A stretch of 64,000 bases of DNA from Chiloscyllium plagiosum. Lineage: Eukaryota. The first letter of the stretch is position 1; every line of letters begins with the position of its first letter. Below, in pieces: positions 1 through 12,668 of the stretch. The position numbers were made by a program, and so were the translations under genes. Under the pieces are notes generated by a model. The model worked only from the letters and a program-made list of their open reading frames with translations. It was not told the DNA's origin and did no database searches. The stretch covers positions 1,795,824 through 1,859,823 of the forward strand of contig NC_057750.1 in assembly GCF_004010195.1 (NCBI RefSeq). Reading direction: 5' to 3'.

Positions 1-810
1 AGAAGTGGCAGAGGGAGTTTAATTTAGATAAATGTGAGGTGCTGCATTTTGGGAAAGCAAATCTTAGCAGGACTTATACACTTAATGGTAAGATCCTAGA
101 GAGTGTTGCTGAACAAAGAGACCTTGGAGTGCAGGTTCATAGCTCCTTGAAAGTGGAGTCGCAGGTAGATAGGATAGTGAAGAAGGCATTTGGTATGCTT
201 TCTTTTATTGGTCATAGTATTGAGTACTGGAGTTGGGAGGTCATGTTGCGGCTGTACAGGACATTGATTTGGTCACTTTTGGAGTATTGCATGCAATTCC
301 AGTCTCCTTTTTATCAGAAAAATGTTGTGCAACTTGAAGGGGTTCAGAAAAGATTTGCAAGTATGTTGCCAGGATTGGAGGATCGGAGCTACAGGGAGAG
401 GCTAAACAGGCTGGGGCTGTTTTCCCTGGAGCGTTGGAGACTGAGGGGTGACCTTATAGAGGTTTACAAACTTATGAGGGGCATGAATAGGATAAATAGA
501 CAAAGTGTTTTCCCTGGGGTCTGGGAGTCCAGAACTAGAGGGCATAGGTTTTGGGTGAGAGGGGAAAGATATAAAAGAAACCTAAGGGGCACTTTTTCAC
601 ACACAGGGTGGTATGGGTATGGAATGAGCTGCCAGAGGAAGTGGTGGAGGGTGGTACAATTGCAACATTTAAGAGGCATTTGGATGGGTATATGAATAGG
701 AAGGGTTTGGAGGGATTTGAGTTGTGTGTTGGCAGGTGGGACTAGATTGAGTTTGGATATTTGGATGGGTTGGATCGAAGGGTCTGTTTCCATGCTGTAC
801 ATCTCTGACT
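1..810 (+). mobile_element. CR1-clade LINE (HER1-type) 3' fragment
   Basis: ORF 39..695 is a CR1 ORF2 C-terminus ([27 protein letters not shown]); 3' tail ...ctgtttccatgctgtacatctct. Confidence 0.92.
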
Positions 811-814
811 ATAA

Positions 815-2960
815 AAACCAGGATCAGGAGTAGACCATCTGACCCTTCGTGCTCACTCCGCAATTCAAAAAGATTGTAGAATCATTCGAATCATAGGATG
901 GGTAAGTGGAATGATTCTATCACCATAACCCATAATTCCTTCAATGTTCAAAAAATTATCTTAGCTTTTAAAACATTCAACTAGGTAGCCTCAACTCCTT
1001 CACCGGCAAGGGAATTGCACAGATTCACAACCCTTTGGGTGAAGAAGTTCCTCCTCAATTCAATCATAAATCTGCTCCCCCTAATTTTGAGGTTGTGTCC
1101 TCTTACAGCTTCACTAGCCAGTGAAAACAACCTCCCTGCTTCTACCTTGTCGATACCCTTAACAATTTTTGTGCTTCTATAAGATTTCATTTCCCCCCTA
1201 TTCTTCTAAATTCCAATGAATATAATCTCTGTCTCAGCCAACCTTTTCAATCCCAGAATCAATTTAATGAACGTCCTTTGTGTCCCCTCTAGTGCCAGTA
1301 CATCCTTTAACCAAAACTCCAGGTGTGGCCTCACCAGCACCCTAAATAGCTGCAATACAACCTCCCTATTTTTAAACTTAATACCTCCAACAATGACGGT
1401 CAAAATTCCATTTACCACTTTAATTGCCTGTTGCAAATCATGCACAAGGATACCCAAGTCCCTCTGCACCACAGCATGCTGCAATTTTTAACTGTTCAAA
1501 TAATAATCCTTTTGACTGTTGTTCCTACCAGTATGGATGACTTCACCATTTATCCACATTGTTGTCCACCTGCCTGATTTTTCCCCACTCACTTAAACTA
1601 TCTGTATCCCTCTGCAAACTGAGTCCTCTGCTCTCCCATTCATCTTAGTGTCATCCGCAAACTTTGGCACTCTACACGTGGCCCCCGGTTCCAAATCATC
1701 TGTGTAAATTGTGAATAATTGCAGTCCCAACACTGAATCCTGAGGCACACCACTAGTCACTGCCAATCAAAAAAGCACTAATTTATCCCACTCTTTACTT
1801 CCTGCTAGTCAACCAATCCTTGATCCATGCTATGGTGGCTCAGTGGTTGGCACTGCTGCCTCTCAACACCAGGGTCCCAGGTTCGATTCCAGCCTCTGGT
1901 GACTTTGTGGGGTTTGTGCATTCTCCCCGTGTCTGCGTGGGTTTCCTCCCACTGTCCAAAGATGTGCAGGTTAGGTGAATTGACCATGCTAAATTGCCCG
2001 TAGTGTTAGGTGCATTAGTCAGAGGGAAATGGGTCTGGGTGAGTTACTCTTCAGAGGGTCGTGTGAACTTGTTGGGCCAAAGGGCCTGTTTCCACAATGT
2101 AGGGAATCTCATCCAATTTAATACATTGCCCGTGATGCAGTGCACCTTTATCTTATGCCAGCAGTGTTTTATGCGACACTTTGTTGAATGTCTTTTGCAA
2201 ATCAAGATACACCACCACACTCGTAATGTCTTCATTGACTTCCAGTAAATTAGTTAAACATAACCTGCCTTTCGTGAACCCATGCTGCCTCTATCTAGAT
2301 GTCTTGCTATTTCTGCCTTGATAATGGATTCAAATATTTTCGCCTCTACAGAAGTTAAGCTGACTGGCCTAAAATTCCCCACCTTTTGTCTACACCTCTT
2401 TTAAGCAAGGGAAAACAACAAATGTGACGTCATTCTGCTGGAACTGCCCCAGAATCCAGTGAATTTTAAAAATGATCATGAGCGCATTTGCTTTTTCTCC
2501 CGCCACCTCTTTTAGTACCCAGTGATGCATTCTATCAGGGCCATTAGTCTTGTCTATCTTTAGCTCCATTAGCTACTACTTTCATGATAATGATCGTTTC
2601 TAGGTACTCACCTACTTGAAGTCTCCTTGTTGTCATTTCCTAGCATATTATTCATGTCCTCCACTGTGAAGACTGACACAAAATACCTGTTCAATGTCTC
2701 ATCTATTTCCTTATTTCCCATTATTAAATCCCCTTTCTCAACCTCTAAAGCACAGACGTTTGCCTTAGCCGTTCTTTTTCGTTTTTATGTATTTGTAGAA
2801 ACCTTTGCTGTCTGTCTTATTTTGAACGAGTTTACTGTCGTAATCTATCTTTCTTTTCTTTATAGCTTTCTGTTGATCTTTAACATTTTCCAAATCTTCT
2901 AATTTCCCTAGTCTACTCCCAACATCATCTCCTTTCTTCTTTTTATTAGTTGGCAAGTAA
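815..2960 (-). mobile_element. Degenerate CR1 LINE (second family), interrupted by a SINE
   Basis: Minus-strand ORF pieces [40 protein letters not shown]. Confidence 0.85.
1828..2110 (+). mobile_element. HE1-type tRNA-derived SINE
   Basis: A-box ggtggctcagtggttgg, B-box ggttcgattcc, V-SINE-like core, LINE-like tail gggcctgtttccaca. Confidence 0.88.
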
Positions 2961-3130
2961 TAGGTTGCCGAACAATGACCACTTCCCTTTTATACAGCAT
3001 AAAAGAATTCCCCACCCCACCAACTTAACTCTGTTACATCTTGTGCACATCAGGACAGGTTGTTTAAACTTCAACAAAATTTATTTCTGTAGTGCTCAAG
3101 ATCTCAACCAAGCAACTCCTTGTGTCCCTT

Positions 3131-3222
3131 CCTGAAGAAGGGCTTATGCCCGAAACGTCGATTCTCCTGTTCCCTGGATGCTGCCTGACCTGCTGCGCTT
3201 TTCCAGCAACACATTTCCAGCT
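3131..3222 (+). mobile_element. Short PLE terminal fragment with minimal hammerhead core
   Basis: CTGAAGA-A-GGGC-TTAT-GCCC-GAAACGTC at 3132-3159; flanking direct repeat tcccttcc (3125-3132 and 3222-3229). Confidence 0.85.
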
Positions 3223-3387
3223 CCCTTCCATTTTGACCTACTTCCCATTTTCCTACCTGTAACATTTTTTAAAAATTAGGGTTAGGTTGACTCTGGCTGT
3301 TTGTCCATGGATGCTGTCTGAGCCTGAATGTACTCAGCATTTTCTGTTCTTATTTCAAATTATGGCATCTTCAATCTTTTTCTTTTA

Positions 3388-3735
3388 GGGCAGGCAATGG
3401 CCTAATGGTACTATTGCTAGACTGTTAATCCAGATAATGCTCTGGGGACCTGGGTTCGAATCCCACAAAAGCAAATGGTGAAATTTGAATTAAATAAATT
3501 ACTGGAATAGAGTCTGATGATGACCATGACTCCATTGTCAATTGTTAGAAAAACCCCATCTGGGTCACTAATGCCCTCTTAGGGAAGGAAATTGCTATCT
3601 TTACCTGGTCTGGCCTAAACGTGACTCCAGACTCATTGCAATGTGGTTGACTCTTAACTGTTCTCTGGGCAATTAGGGATCAGCAATAAATACTGGCTTC
3701 GCCTTTGACACACTCGTCCTGTGAATGAATAAAGG
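3388..3735 (+). mobile_element. tRNA-derived SINE, second family
   Basis: Head tggcctaatggta...gggttcgaatccc, tail aatgaataaa; homologous to copies near 6410, 19775, 25315 and 58250. Confidence 0.8.
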
Positions 3736-4657
3736 CATATTTTGCTTTAGTATCCCAGAAGTTGTGTTGTTTGGCTCTGTCCAGCGGAAAGAAACCTGAA
3801 CTTTACCCTAATTATTGAATAATCAGTGACACAGATTTGAACCTGCTGCCTCCTGATGTTAAGCGACTCAACGTGTTCAGCAATCAAGGTTACCTAATGT
3901 GGAACAAACACAGAAAATGCTGGAGAGACACAGCAGGTCTGATAGCATCATGGCAAGAACATTTCAAATACAAAAAGATATTCTGTTCAAGCCTTAGGAA
4001 TGTTATGTATGCACATTAGCTACCATGCTTCCAATGTTGCCATTTGGTTTAATGATGAATCCTCCACAGCCATCCCATACACAGCAAGTTCCTACAAACT
4101 AGCCTGATATTTACTTGGTCAATGCAACTCTTTCAGCATAAGTCACCAAAAGAAAATAAGCAAGTCATTGAACCCATTTGATAGTTTTGTGATCTCACTG
4201 TATCAACTTTACTCTGGCACACAATTACACAACACTTCGCACATAATTGTGAAATGCTTTGGGGTACTAAATAAAATGCCAATCTTACTGTTTTAGATAA
4301 GACTCTTCTGATCTGATTGAATATATTTAATTGTGTGTTTATAACTTTGTTGGTCTTTTGTAAATTTTGGACTGTTACACAAGCAGCCTCATTCTGTGCA
4401 GGATTATCATCATTCTGCTGACCTTTTAATGGAGCTGATATTAGTACAGTACCTGTTGAATACCAGCTCTATTTCTTGCCCGGGGTTGTTTGTGGGTTCA
4501 TTGGGAACAGCAGCTCACTGCCATTTCTGATCAGTTGTCAACCACTGGTTCCTCTATAACAAATTGTTTCTCAGTCTTGTCTTTTGAGAAGTACCATGTT
4601 TGTACATTCCTTTTCTGCTGTCACTCTTAGTTATATTAAATTGTGTCCAGATTATGC

Positions 4658-4880
4658 AGAGCTGAAAATGTGTTGCTGGAAAAGCGCAGCAGGTCAGGCA
4701 GCATCCAGGGAACAGGAGAATCGATGTTTCGGGCATAAGCCCTTCTTCATAAGCCTTCCTGAAGAAGGGCTTATACCCGAAACGTAGATTCTCCTGTTCC
4801 CTGGATGCTGCCTGACCTGCGCTTTTCCAGCAACACATTTTCAGCTCTGATCTCCAGCATCTGCAGACCTCACTTTCTCC
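4658..4880. mobile_element. Fold-back (palindromic) PLE-derived mini-element
   Basis: ~90-bp inverted arms; hammerhead core 4759-4786; TSD tccagat(t/g)atgcagag at 4646-4661 and 4881-4896. Confidence 0.9.
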
Positions 4881-5524
4881 TCCAGATGATGCAGAGTGGA
4901 GTAAAATGAGCCATAATGCTTTATGCTTCCATTGCTGTGTAAACTTTCAAGTGTTGTAACTTGAACTTATGCTTTTGATATGGTATCCATACCAGTGTTT
5001 GTTTAGTACTGACAACCACTGGTAGGTGAATTAATAGATTTTTTTTTTCCTCTTTCTCTCATCAGAGTGAAATATTTGTATTTTAAATCATGCCTTCCGT
5101 TGGCCCAACAACACAAGGACATGTTATGAATCCTGAACATGGCCTTGAAGCTTTGTCTAGTCAAAACGTCAGTGTGCAATTCCATTAAATTGCAATTAAG
5201 TGTGTTACTTTACCCAAGACTCTGGTAATGGGTCCATCTAGCCGTGGTTTGCTTTGATATGCTGCCTTTAACTGCCCTTTTTGACTCAGTTTTAGCTTCA
5301 CCCTCCTCTGCTCGTGTTAAACATTTCACAAGATTCACTGACTGGATTTTCTTCTGTGAATGTTCAACTGAATGCACTTTGCATTGGGAAGTCATTCCAT
5401 AACACGAAAAGAGTATAAGTTTAAATACTTCAGAATTTACAACCTTGATGCAGCCTTTATTTCATTTATCCCCTCCATTTGGGAATACAATCAGAGGTAG
5501 AAAATGTTGGACAAAATCTACACT

Positions 5525-5810
5525 TACACTCCAGTGCAGTACTGCGGGAATATTGCACTGTCAGAGGAGTTGTCTTTTAGATAAGACACTAAACCAGGCC
5601 CAACCTGTCCCTTAGGTGATGTGATTGATCCCTATACAGAAAAGACATGATGCATTATCCCTGATCTTTTTATTTATCCCTTGTTGAACGTCGCTGAAAC
5701 ACTTATGATCTATATCCCAAATTGTTTTCAAATTTGCTATTATTCTAATGACTACAGTTCTGAGATTCTGTCTGTAAAGTACCCTTGGTATCCTTCGGCC
5801 ATAAGATTCT
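5525..5810 (+). mobile_element. Old Deu-domain-like SINE remnant
   Basis: ccagtgcagtactgcgggaatattgcactgtcagaggag...ttttagataagacactaaacc resembles the AmnSINE/SacSINE Deu core as I recall it. Confidence 0.55.
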
Positions 5811-6380
5811 GAAAAAACTAATTTTTTCTTTTGAAAAATCTAAAACAAATTATTTGCACCCCTCCTCTGCAATGGAGGCATCAAAGTCCAATGTAACTTC
5901 CCTACCCTACTACCAACCTCCACCCTTTCTTCCCATCCCAACCCAACCAGCAGCACCAAACATGGAGACTTGGTTAGTCTTGGTTCTATACTTCACCTTT
6001 CACTAAGCTTGTCAGTAGACCATTGGGGAAATTGTACTTTTATTTAAAGATGAGTTTTGTGTGTCTGCCGGAGCAGAAAATTATAGTTTGAGTAAAAATA
6101 ACGTGTATTTAATTAGCTACATCTTTGATCTTAGTCTGTCAGGAAATGTTTACTTATCTTTATCACAAGATGTCTATAGAGAATTTTGCTCCAACATAAT
6201 TCTTTTCCATGTATTGATGCCCTGTCGTGACAAACATGAAATGAGGCATGTCAAATATGCAGAACTACATAAATTGTCAGAACTGACTTGAACTCAATCA
6301 TGCTGAGGAATTTTTGGAGAATCTGGAGTTTTGTTACTGCCTTTAATATTTAGCATCTTTTTGAAATATCTGATTATAAA

Positions 6381-6398
6381 GTGGTGGTGGTGGTGGTG
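6381..6398 (+). repeat. (GTG)6 microsatellite
   Basis: gtggtggtggtggtggtg. Confidence 0.9.
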
Positions 6399-6432
6399 AA
6401 GAGGTGGTACAGAATTGGCCTGATATGTGTGT

Positions 6433-6653
6433 TGAAAATGTGTTGCTGGAAAAGCGCAGCAGGTCAGGCAGCATCCAGGGAACAGGAGAATCGACGTTTC
6501 GGGCATAAGCCCTTCTTCATAAGCCTTCCTGAAGAAGGGCTCATACCCGAAACGTCAATTCTCCTGTTCCCTGGATGCTGCCTGACCTGCTGCGCTTTTC
6601 CAGCAACACATTTTCAGCTCTGATCTCCAGCATCTGCAGACCTCACTTTCTCC
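6433..6653. mobile_element. Fold-back PLE-derived mini-element, second copy
   Basis: Same structure and junction as 4658-4880; hammerhead core 6529-6556; TSD cctgatatgtgtgttg at 6419-6434 and 6652-6667. Confidence 0.9.
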
Positions 6654-6924
6654 TGATATGTGTGTTGCTAACTTAGTAATCCAGGGATCCAGGCAATGTT
6701 CCCAGGACCCATTAAGGAATCCCACCAATGTAGATGGTAGAAGTGGAATTCAATTTATTCTAAAATTCCAAATTTGAAAGTCTAATAACCATTAAACCAC
6801 TGTCGATTGTGATTTTTTTTAAAAAACCATCCTGTTCCCTAACGTCCTTTTGAGAGAACGAAAGTGCTTCCTTATCTGATCTGGCCTTCATGTGACTCCA
6901 GACCCACAGTTGCCTCTCAGCTGA

Positions 6925-7305
6925 CTTCTGACTTACCACCCGATGCCTGGAAGAGGAACACCTCGTATTCTGCCTTGGGACCTGCAACCACACGGGATAA
7001 ATGGGGATTTCAACAGCTTCCTCACTTCCCCTCCCCTAACATTATTCCAGTTCCTAAGCCTCCAACTAGGTACCATCCTCCGGACCCCCCGTCTATCACT
7101 GCCCCCTCTGATCTATTGCCTTCTCCCTCATCTTCATCCACCTATTGCTTTCCCAGCTACCTCCCTCCAACCCCCACCCATTTATCTCTCAGCCCTGATC
7201 CACATGCCTCATCCCGATTAAAGGGCTTATGCCCGAAACATCGAATCTCCTGCTCCTCAGATGCTGCCTGACCTGCTGTGCTTTTCCAGCACCCCACACT
7301 CCATT
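6925..7305 (+). mobile_element. PLE 3' fragment (GIY-YIG end plus pLTR)
   Basis: Encodes LEEEHLVFCLGTLQPHGINGDF-like sequence, then a pyrimidine-rich UTR and a decayed hammerhead (gggcttatgcccgaaacatc). Confidence 0.85.
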
Positions 7306-8569
7306 CTGACCTCTGAAATGGCCTAGCAAACCACTAAGTTGGATCCAACGGCAATTAATGATGCTATCCCAAATAGTGACATCCACATCCCATGAGTGAA
7401 TAAATAAAAATACATTTCTAGGATTCAGATATTCTCTGCTGTTAGAGTAAGGCTAGACCGGTTTACCCTGAAGTGGTTGTTCTAGATCCTTGAAAGTATT
7501 CTTAGCCTTTTTTTAAAATAAGTATGCAATAGTAACTGGCACTGAATTACAAAATGATTGTGCTTCAGTGTCCAGAAATGAAGATCCCCAATGAATGAAT
7601 GTAGCTGTTTGCTGATTGAATCCTGTGTGTTTTAACCTGTTTAGTATACTGGTGCCATTGGGCGAATCACTTCTTCAGCCAATGTGTTTCTCATGAACTT
7701 CCTTAATTCGGCCTCTTAAATTTCTGCCAACCCTGCATTAAGTGATCAACTTGTAACCACTAACACTTCATCAGACTATGTAGTTCAAATTGCACTAGCT
7801 TCCCTGCATGTATCAACGAAGTTGTGCATACATGTCCACATTTCGCATCCTGCCAGATGAAAATTTTAGTATTATTTCAGTGTCTGTGTTATCTGGACCT
7901 GAAACATGTCACAAGGCACTTTTGCATTTAAACTTTAGGTTGGAGCAGGGAGAGCATTTCTCTTGGGTTATAGGTCTGCACCCAAGTATAAACCCCTGAG
8001 CTGTGTTGGATTCCTTTGTAGGGAGCATCTGGGAAAGCAATCTCTCTTAACGTAGATGTCATTTTCAAGCAAGGACTACTGGCAATTTTAATACTTGTCC
8101 CTAATTCCAAAATGGCTACTGTTATAAAATATTGAAGATTTGTAAATGAATGTTAAGAACCTCTCCAGTAAACCAGTTTTCTCTTAGTGGCTGACAAAAT
8201 AATAATGTTGTAGATTGTGCATCTAGCTACATGGAGAATGAAATTCCAGACCTCGTAAACTTGGGTATGACCATCTTTCGTCTGAATGGTTGATTTTAGA
8301 GCAGAATTGGAGTCTGAATGCAAAATGGTCATGGAAATAAGGCACTTCTTTCTTAGAAAACCAATAAGTATGTATCAATCTTAAACTAAGTATGTCTGCA
8401 CTTCATGTATGACATCTATTAAACTTAGTTTGAAAGTTTGTGGCTTGTGGTGACTGCCACTAAAATGTATATTTGTGTTTATTTTTAGTCTCAGTCTAGA
8501 GACTTACAGCTGTGCTATGATGCAATGCATTTTAAATTTATTTTGTACCATGCTATCTCTACAATATAC

Positions 8570-9987
8570 TTAGTCACAGATGTGCAGCATGGAAGCAGAC
8601 CCTTCGGTCCAGCTCATCCATGTCGATCAGATCCAAAATTAATCGAGTCCCATTTTCCAGCCTTTGGCCCATATCTCTCTAAGCCCTTCCTATTCATGTA
8701 CCCATCCAGATGCCTTTTAAATGTTGTAATTGTACCCGCCTCCACCATTTCCTCTGGCAGCTCATTCCATGCATGCACCACACTGTGTGAAAAAGTTGCC
8801 CCTGAGGGCAGTTTTAAATCACCTTCGTCCTATGCCATCTAATTTTGGACTCCCCAACCTGGGTAAAGGACCTCATCTATTTACCCTAACCATGCCCCTC
8901 ATGATTTTACAAACCTCCAGAAGGTCACCCCTCAGCTTCCGATGCTCCAGGGAAAATAGCACCAGCTTATTCAGGCTCTCTCTAAACCTCAAACCCCAGC
9001 AACATCCTTGCAAATCTTTTCTGAACCCGATTTGGAGGTGCTGGTGTTGGACTGGGGTGTACAAAGTTAAAAATCACACAACACCATGTTATAGTCCAAC
9101 ACGTTTATTTGGAAGCACTAGCTTTTGGAGTGCTGCTCCTTCATCAGGTGGTTGTGGAGTACCTTCCAAATAAACGTGTTCGACCTTAATGTGGTGTTGA
9201 GATTTTTAACTTTTGTTCTGAGCCCTTTCAAATTCCACAAAATCCTCCTTGTAGCAGGGAGAGCAGAATTGCACACAAGGTATTCCGAAAGTCGTCTAAC
9301 CAAAGTCCTGTACAGCTGCAACATGATATCCGAACTCCTATACTCATTATGCTGACCAGCATACCAAATGCTGCCTTCAATATCCTATCTATTTGTGACT
9401 CCACTTTCAAGGATCTGTGAACCTGCATTTGAAGGTCTGTTTGTTAAGCAACACTCCCCAGCACATTCCCATTAAATGTATAAGTCCTGCCCTGATTTGC
9501 CTTTCCAAAATGCAGCACCTCAATTATCTAAGTTAAACTCCATCTGCCACTCCTTGGCCCACTGGCCCATCTGATCAAGATCCCGCTGTACTCTGGGGTA
9601 ACCTTCTTCACTGTCCACTGCACCAATTGTGGTGTCATCTGCAAACTTATAAACTATACTTCCTATGTTCACATCCAATTCATTTATATGAATGAAAAAA
9701 GCAGTGGACCCAACAACAATCCTTTTGGCACACTACTGGTCACTGGCCTCCAGTCTGAAAAATAATCTTCCCACCACCATGCTGTCTCCTACCTTCGAGC
9801 CAGTTCTGTATCCAAATGGCTAATTCTCTCTCTATTCCATGTGATTTAATCTTGCTAACCAGTCTACCATGAGGAACCTTGTCAAAAGCCTTACTGATGT
9901 TCATAGGTCACGTCCACTGCTCTGCCCTCATCAATCCTCTGTTACTACTTCCAAAAACTCAATCAAGTTAGTGAGACATGACTTCCC
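8570..9987 (-). mobile_element. CR1 (HER1-type) LINE fragment
   Basis: Reverse complement of the 1-810 and 29968-31030 family; ORF pieces KVESQIDRILKAAFGML and LRGDLLEVCKIMRG. Confidence 0.92.
9029..9215. mobile_element. Fold-back mini-element of a second PLE-like family, nested in CR1
   Basis: Arms aaagttaaaaatcacacaacacc...tttatttggaag and cttccaaataaac...gatttttaacttt; minus-strand CTGATGA-AGGAG-CAGCA-CTCC-AAAAGCTA. Confidence 0.78.
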
Positions 9988-10539
9988 AATCAAACATTGG
10001 CTTTTGAGTAAAAATAATTATATTTCACTCAAATATGCAACTGTACCAACTAGACTTTGTACAAAGGTAAAAAATACCTAAACTTCAATTTCATTTTTGC
10101 AAGTGCCTATTTCATTGTACAATCCTTTAGTTTGAATTGCATTTTTAGTGAATTATTAATAATAAGTGTTGGTTTTCCGGTTTCGTCTACAGCAGTGTCT
10201 TTTTTTTTCCTTGACACACTCCACTTCTGCAGTGGAGTGGGGTTTCAAATTCTCCATATTGTCTGATGCTCTAATTCTTAAACATGTATTTATTTATTTT
10301 TGGTTTTGGTTTGTGATTGTGTTGAGTAGAGGTTAGTAGAGAAAGCTTTGACTGTCTGTGCATGCCATCAATAGTAGAGTAAAGTGGTGAACATTTGTAC
10401 ATCGCAAGGGCACTGCATATGGTTAGCCAGAGTCAATCTTAGGGGCATGTAGTGTATTGTTTAGGGTATAACAAGCAATTTTGATTAGTGGAATCATGTT
10501 TGGATTTTCAGAACACTCCTGATGAGGTACTGCATTGGG

Positions 10540-11890
10540 TTTTCTAAACATAAAATCATGGAATTGGAAGTGAAAATGAGCAAAATCTTTGAGAAATAAT
10601 AGTTAATGGACAGAAAATGAGATTGGATGTTTATGGGATGGCAAAATATGACAAGTGGGGTGTGACAATATACCACATGCTTGGGTGGTCTCATTTATAA
10701 ATGAGTTAATTGAGGGGACTGAGTATATCACTGTTTGCTGGCAGCACAATGCTGATTGGGAAAGCACACCATATAATGTAAAAATGCTGGAAAGGGATAT
10801 AGACCAGTGGAGTAGATTAGATTCCCTCCGGTGTGGAAACAGGCCACACCGACCCTCCAAAGACTAACCCACCCAGACCGATTCCCTGACATTTACCCCT
10901 GACTAATGCCCCTGATACAATGGGTAGTTTAGCATGCCCAATTCACCACCTCTGCACACCTTTTGGACTGTGGGAGGAAACCCACGCTGACATGGAGGGA
11001 ATGTGCAAACTCCACACCGACAGTGGCCCGAGGTGGGAATCAAACCCAAGTCCCCAGCACTGAGGCAGAAGTGCTAACCACTATGCCACCCTATTGGGTA
11101 GAAGGTGGCAGATAGGCTAAATTTGATGAATAGGAGTTAATGGCTTTGTTATGTAGATTGCAAAAGTAGCATTTTTAACACGTGAGACTTTGAATACGAA
11201 CATTTGAGAGTAACTTATTTGTCCTCTTATACATAAGAAACCAAAATATGGTTATAGAAAGCAATTAAAAGGGCATATAGTACATTAGCCTTTATTGCAA
11301 GGAGATTGAAGTTTGAGTAAAGAAACTGTTGCAATTTTAGGATTATGCTCAGCTTGGACTGGTAAGACTAAATGGTCTGTTTCTGTGCTGTATGACTACC
11401 TTTCAGACCATATTTAAAATGCATTACTACACACTTGATAATTTGACGTCACTGATCAAGGAGGGATATATATTCCTCGAGGTGCACTGAAGAAACATTA
11501 GATCAGCGTGGTCATATAGTCAGAATTAGTGTTGAATGAAGTTTGGAAGGATGAGCAAGTATCATATTTGAAGCACATATAGTTATGAGAGGCAAGCAGG
11601 ATAAGTGTTGAGAAATTGCTTCCCTTAACTGCACAGTCTAGAACGAAGATATCACAGCCTCAGGATGAAGACTGATCATTTAGGACAAAGAGGAGAAATG
11701 TCTTCGTACAGAGGGTTGGAAATCTTTGGAATTCTCTATTCTAAAGATGTAAGTGATTGTATTTGAGACACGGATTAGTATGTTTTCAGAGCGTGATCAG
11801 GGTGAGATGCTAAGGGATATATGAGAAAGTAGAATTCTATTAGAAGTTAAGCCATCTTGCTGAATTATGAAGCAGGCTGTGATCTTCAAC
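10540..11890 (+). mobile_element. Old CR1 remnant with nested SINE
   Basis: Degenerate RT-like (LERDID..) and 3'-end-like sequence. Confidence 0.55.
10812..11090 (-). mobile_element. HE1-type SINE
   Basis: Reverse complement of the 1828-2110 type (gtgctaaccactatgccacc; gggaatcaaaccc). Confidence 0.85.
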
Positions 11891-12340
11891 TGTCATGTTG
11901 TTTTTTCTTATTTCCTTCATCTTTACACCTCAAATCCATGTACAATATTTAGAGCAACCATGATCTGTTTTGGTAAAGCAGACTGGAGTTGCTGAATGGC
12001 CTGATCCTGTTTTGTGTTCCTGTAGAACTACATTTAGTGTAGACAGTTTGTTTTTGCCAAAGTTTAGATAATTTAGGCTGTGATTTATGTTTAAACTTAA
12101 ATCATCTATAGATATTATGATCCAAATTGAATTGCAGAGAAAATTGTGTTCATTTTTGGTCTGCAATTTTCTTCATCCTTGCCAGAATCGTGGACATATT
12201 AATTTAGATGGCATATCCCATACACATCAGACCCTGAACTTCATCCATTGCAGTTGTAGGCAACTAAATTTTTACTTTGCTCAAAGACTGCATGAATCCA
12301 TGGAAGATTCTGTGAATCCAATTTTTAGATTAGGGTCAAT

Positions 12341-12668
12341 CTGACCATTGTGGGACAGACAGTCTCACACAGGACAGCTCTCACCTTAAATGCATTATCT
12401 GGGCTGACATGACACCAATTGTTAATGTTCACTTGAGAATGTAACTTTTAAAGTTTTGTGATTTTTCATATGAAAGAACTGAAACCAACATGATCATTCT
12501 AAAAGATGAGAGACTTGACTGACAATCCAGGTCTTTTTCAATATATGATTTCAGTTACGTCACACTGTAAACGTTTGCTATAAATTCTGTGTCTTAAAAT
12601 TTTGTATTCCACAACCACCTGATGAAGGAGCAGTGCTCCAAAAGCTGGTGCTTCCAAATAAACCTGTT
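12341..12668 (+). mobile_element. PLE-like 3' fragment (same family as 9029 and 24972)
   Basis: Ends ccacaaccacCTGATGAaggagcagtgctccaaaagctggtgcttccaaataaacctgtt. Confidence 0.72.

Larger units (their letters stand above)
6405..7410 (+). mobile_element. Second-family SINE split by two PLE insertions
   Basis: SINE-like pieces at ~6405-6432, 6654-6920 and 7305-7410 are colinear with the 3388-3735 copy. Confidence 0.7.

Noticed and set aside
1828..1900. tRNA-like A/B boxes (also at 3388, 14695 and 50172)
   Set aside because: They are SINE heads followed by SINE body and tail, not tRNA genes.
6294..6506. ORF with a His6 tract
   Set aside because: It comes from the (GTG)n microsatellite joined to a PLE repeat; no vector or tag context.
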